Translations under genes and position numbers: made by a program
Shown here: in pieces, positions 62,881 through 64,000 of the stretch
Position numbering within the stretch: the first letter of the stretch is position 1
Layout: each line of letters begins with the position of its first letter
DNA from: Callorhinchus milii
Taxonomy: Eukaryota
Direction: 5' to 3'
Length of the DNA stretch: 64,000 nucleotides
NCBI RefSeq assembly: GCF_018977255.1
Contig: NW_024704751.1
Coordinates: forward strand, 13,826,001 to 13,890,000
The notes under the pieces: generated by a model
Databases searched by the model: none
Seen by the model: only the letters and a program-made list of their open reading frames with translations
What the model was told of the DNA's origin: nothing

Positions 62881-64000
62881 TTTGCCCACCACCCACCGCC
62901 CACCCCCCTTGTTCCAGGCTTCGGTGCCCACCCGACCCCATAAAGCACTTTGAGAGCAAAGCACAACAGAGAAGCTTAACCTGTCATCGCTGGAGTCCTG
63001 AAACTGGATTAGTGTCTGATACACACATTCCATCACAGGGATTCCCAGGGACCTTGCATCAACCTCTAGAATATTAGCAAATTCTAGAATAACGGCACAG
63101 ATTTTGAAGCTCTCGTTCTCTTTCCATCCCACTCTCTTCCATTCGATCTCGCACTGTTGCTCGCTCTCTTGCTCCCGCACCCCTCGCTCATTGCTCCCCC
63201 TCACCCCCTCTTTCTCTCGTGTGTTGGCGAACGGGTTAAAACCTCACTGTAACTATTCTGTAACTATTCTGGCTTCCGAGCGGTATGTTAAAACTGCTTG
63301 TCTCTCTCTCCCCTTCTCCCTCCCTCCCCACCTCACAGTACGACACACTGGCAATGATCAGAGCGAGACTGCCTGCAGTATATTATTATCTTAGGCTGAT
63401 TTCCTCTCTCTCTCTCTCTCTCTGTTCGTTAATTACCACTTGCAACAAAGCAATCAAACTTCTTAATAACCGCTGCAGAAATGCTCACCCCTAACGGTGT
63501 GTACCAGAATCTATCTGAAGCACTTTGAGACGTCTCGAAGACACGATAAGGCGCTGTATCAAACGCGAGGATTATTATTGCAATAATAATTATAATTATT
63601 ATTAATAATAATATTAGCAAATCAGCAAAGACACTCGTGTCCAACCGGTAGGTCAGCCAACATGTTGCGTTCGAGAACTTTCTTCAGGTTCGTCAGCCAG
63701 ATCTCCACGTGTCAGACTTCTTCAGGAGGAGAGTAGGATTTGTCTGTCAATGAAAAAGCGAAACTCACATTAAAAGAACACTTTCCGAGTCCCTAAACGT
63801 TGATTTATCGCCAACTCCAGAAATGTTCAGTGTCGCAGGAAATGAGCGTTAAAAATAGCACAAAAAACAACACGAGTTAAAGGGGGTAACTTCATCGCTC
63901 CTACGCCTCTTCCACTTTCTTGGAGTTTCCCCCGAATTAAACCAGCGACCATCCGAGCAGAGGATCTATACTCTATCTCGCTCAGCGTCTGACTGCTGGG

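Overview
Eukaryotic, vertebrate genomic DNA, most likely a cartilaginous fish such as a chimaera (inferred from the tRNA-Ala/Deu-domain SINE, L2 and CR1 repeat complement). No prokaryotic features or CRISPR arrays. Five intact multi-exon genes were reconstructed by hand from GT-AG boundaries and reading phase: SLFNL1 (+, 3 coding exons, 400 aa); CTPS1 (-, 17 coding exons, 592 aa); TAF12 (-, 161 aa canonical form plus an upstream coding exon giving a 212 aa long form); a DCBLD1-like CUB-LCCL-FA58C receptor (-, 14 exons, about 670 aa); and a VGLL2-like TEAD cofactor (-, 4 exons, 261 aa). The most interesting observations are: a VGLL2-like/DCBLD1-like pair sitting in a human-1p-type neighbourhood (candidate lost ohnologs); a TAF12 N-terminal extension exon followed by a candidate poison exon; a Schlafen-like protein that keeps its nuclease acidic residues and ends in a CaaX motif; and two separate cases of a short SINE inserted antisense at the same site of a longer relative. 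The rest is SINE/LINE/MITE debris, G- or C-rich minisatellites and three assembly gaps. Family assignments come from recognised sequence motifs, not from database searches.
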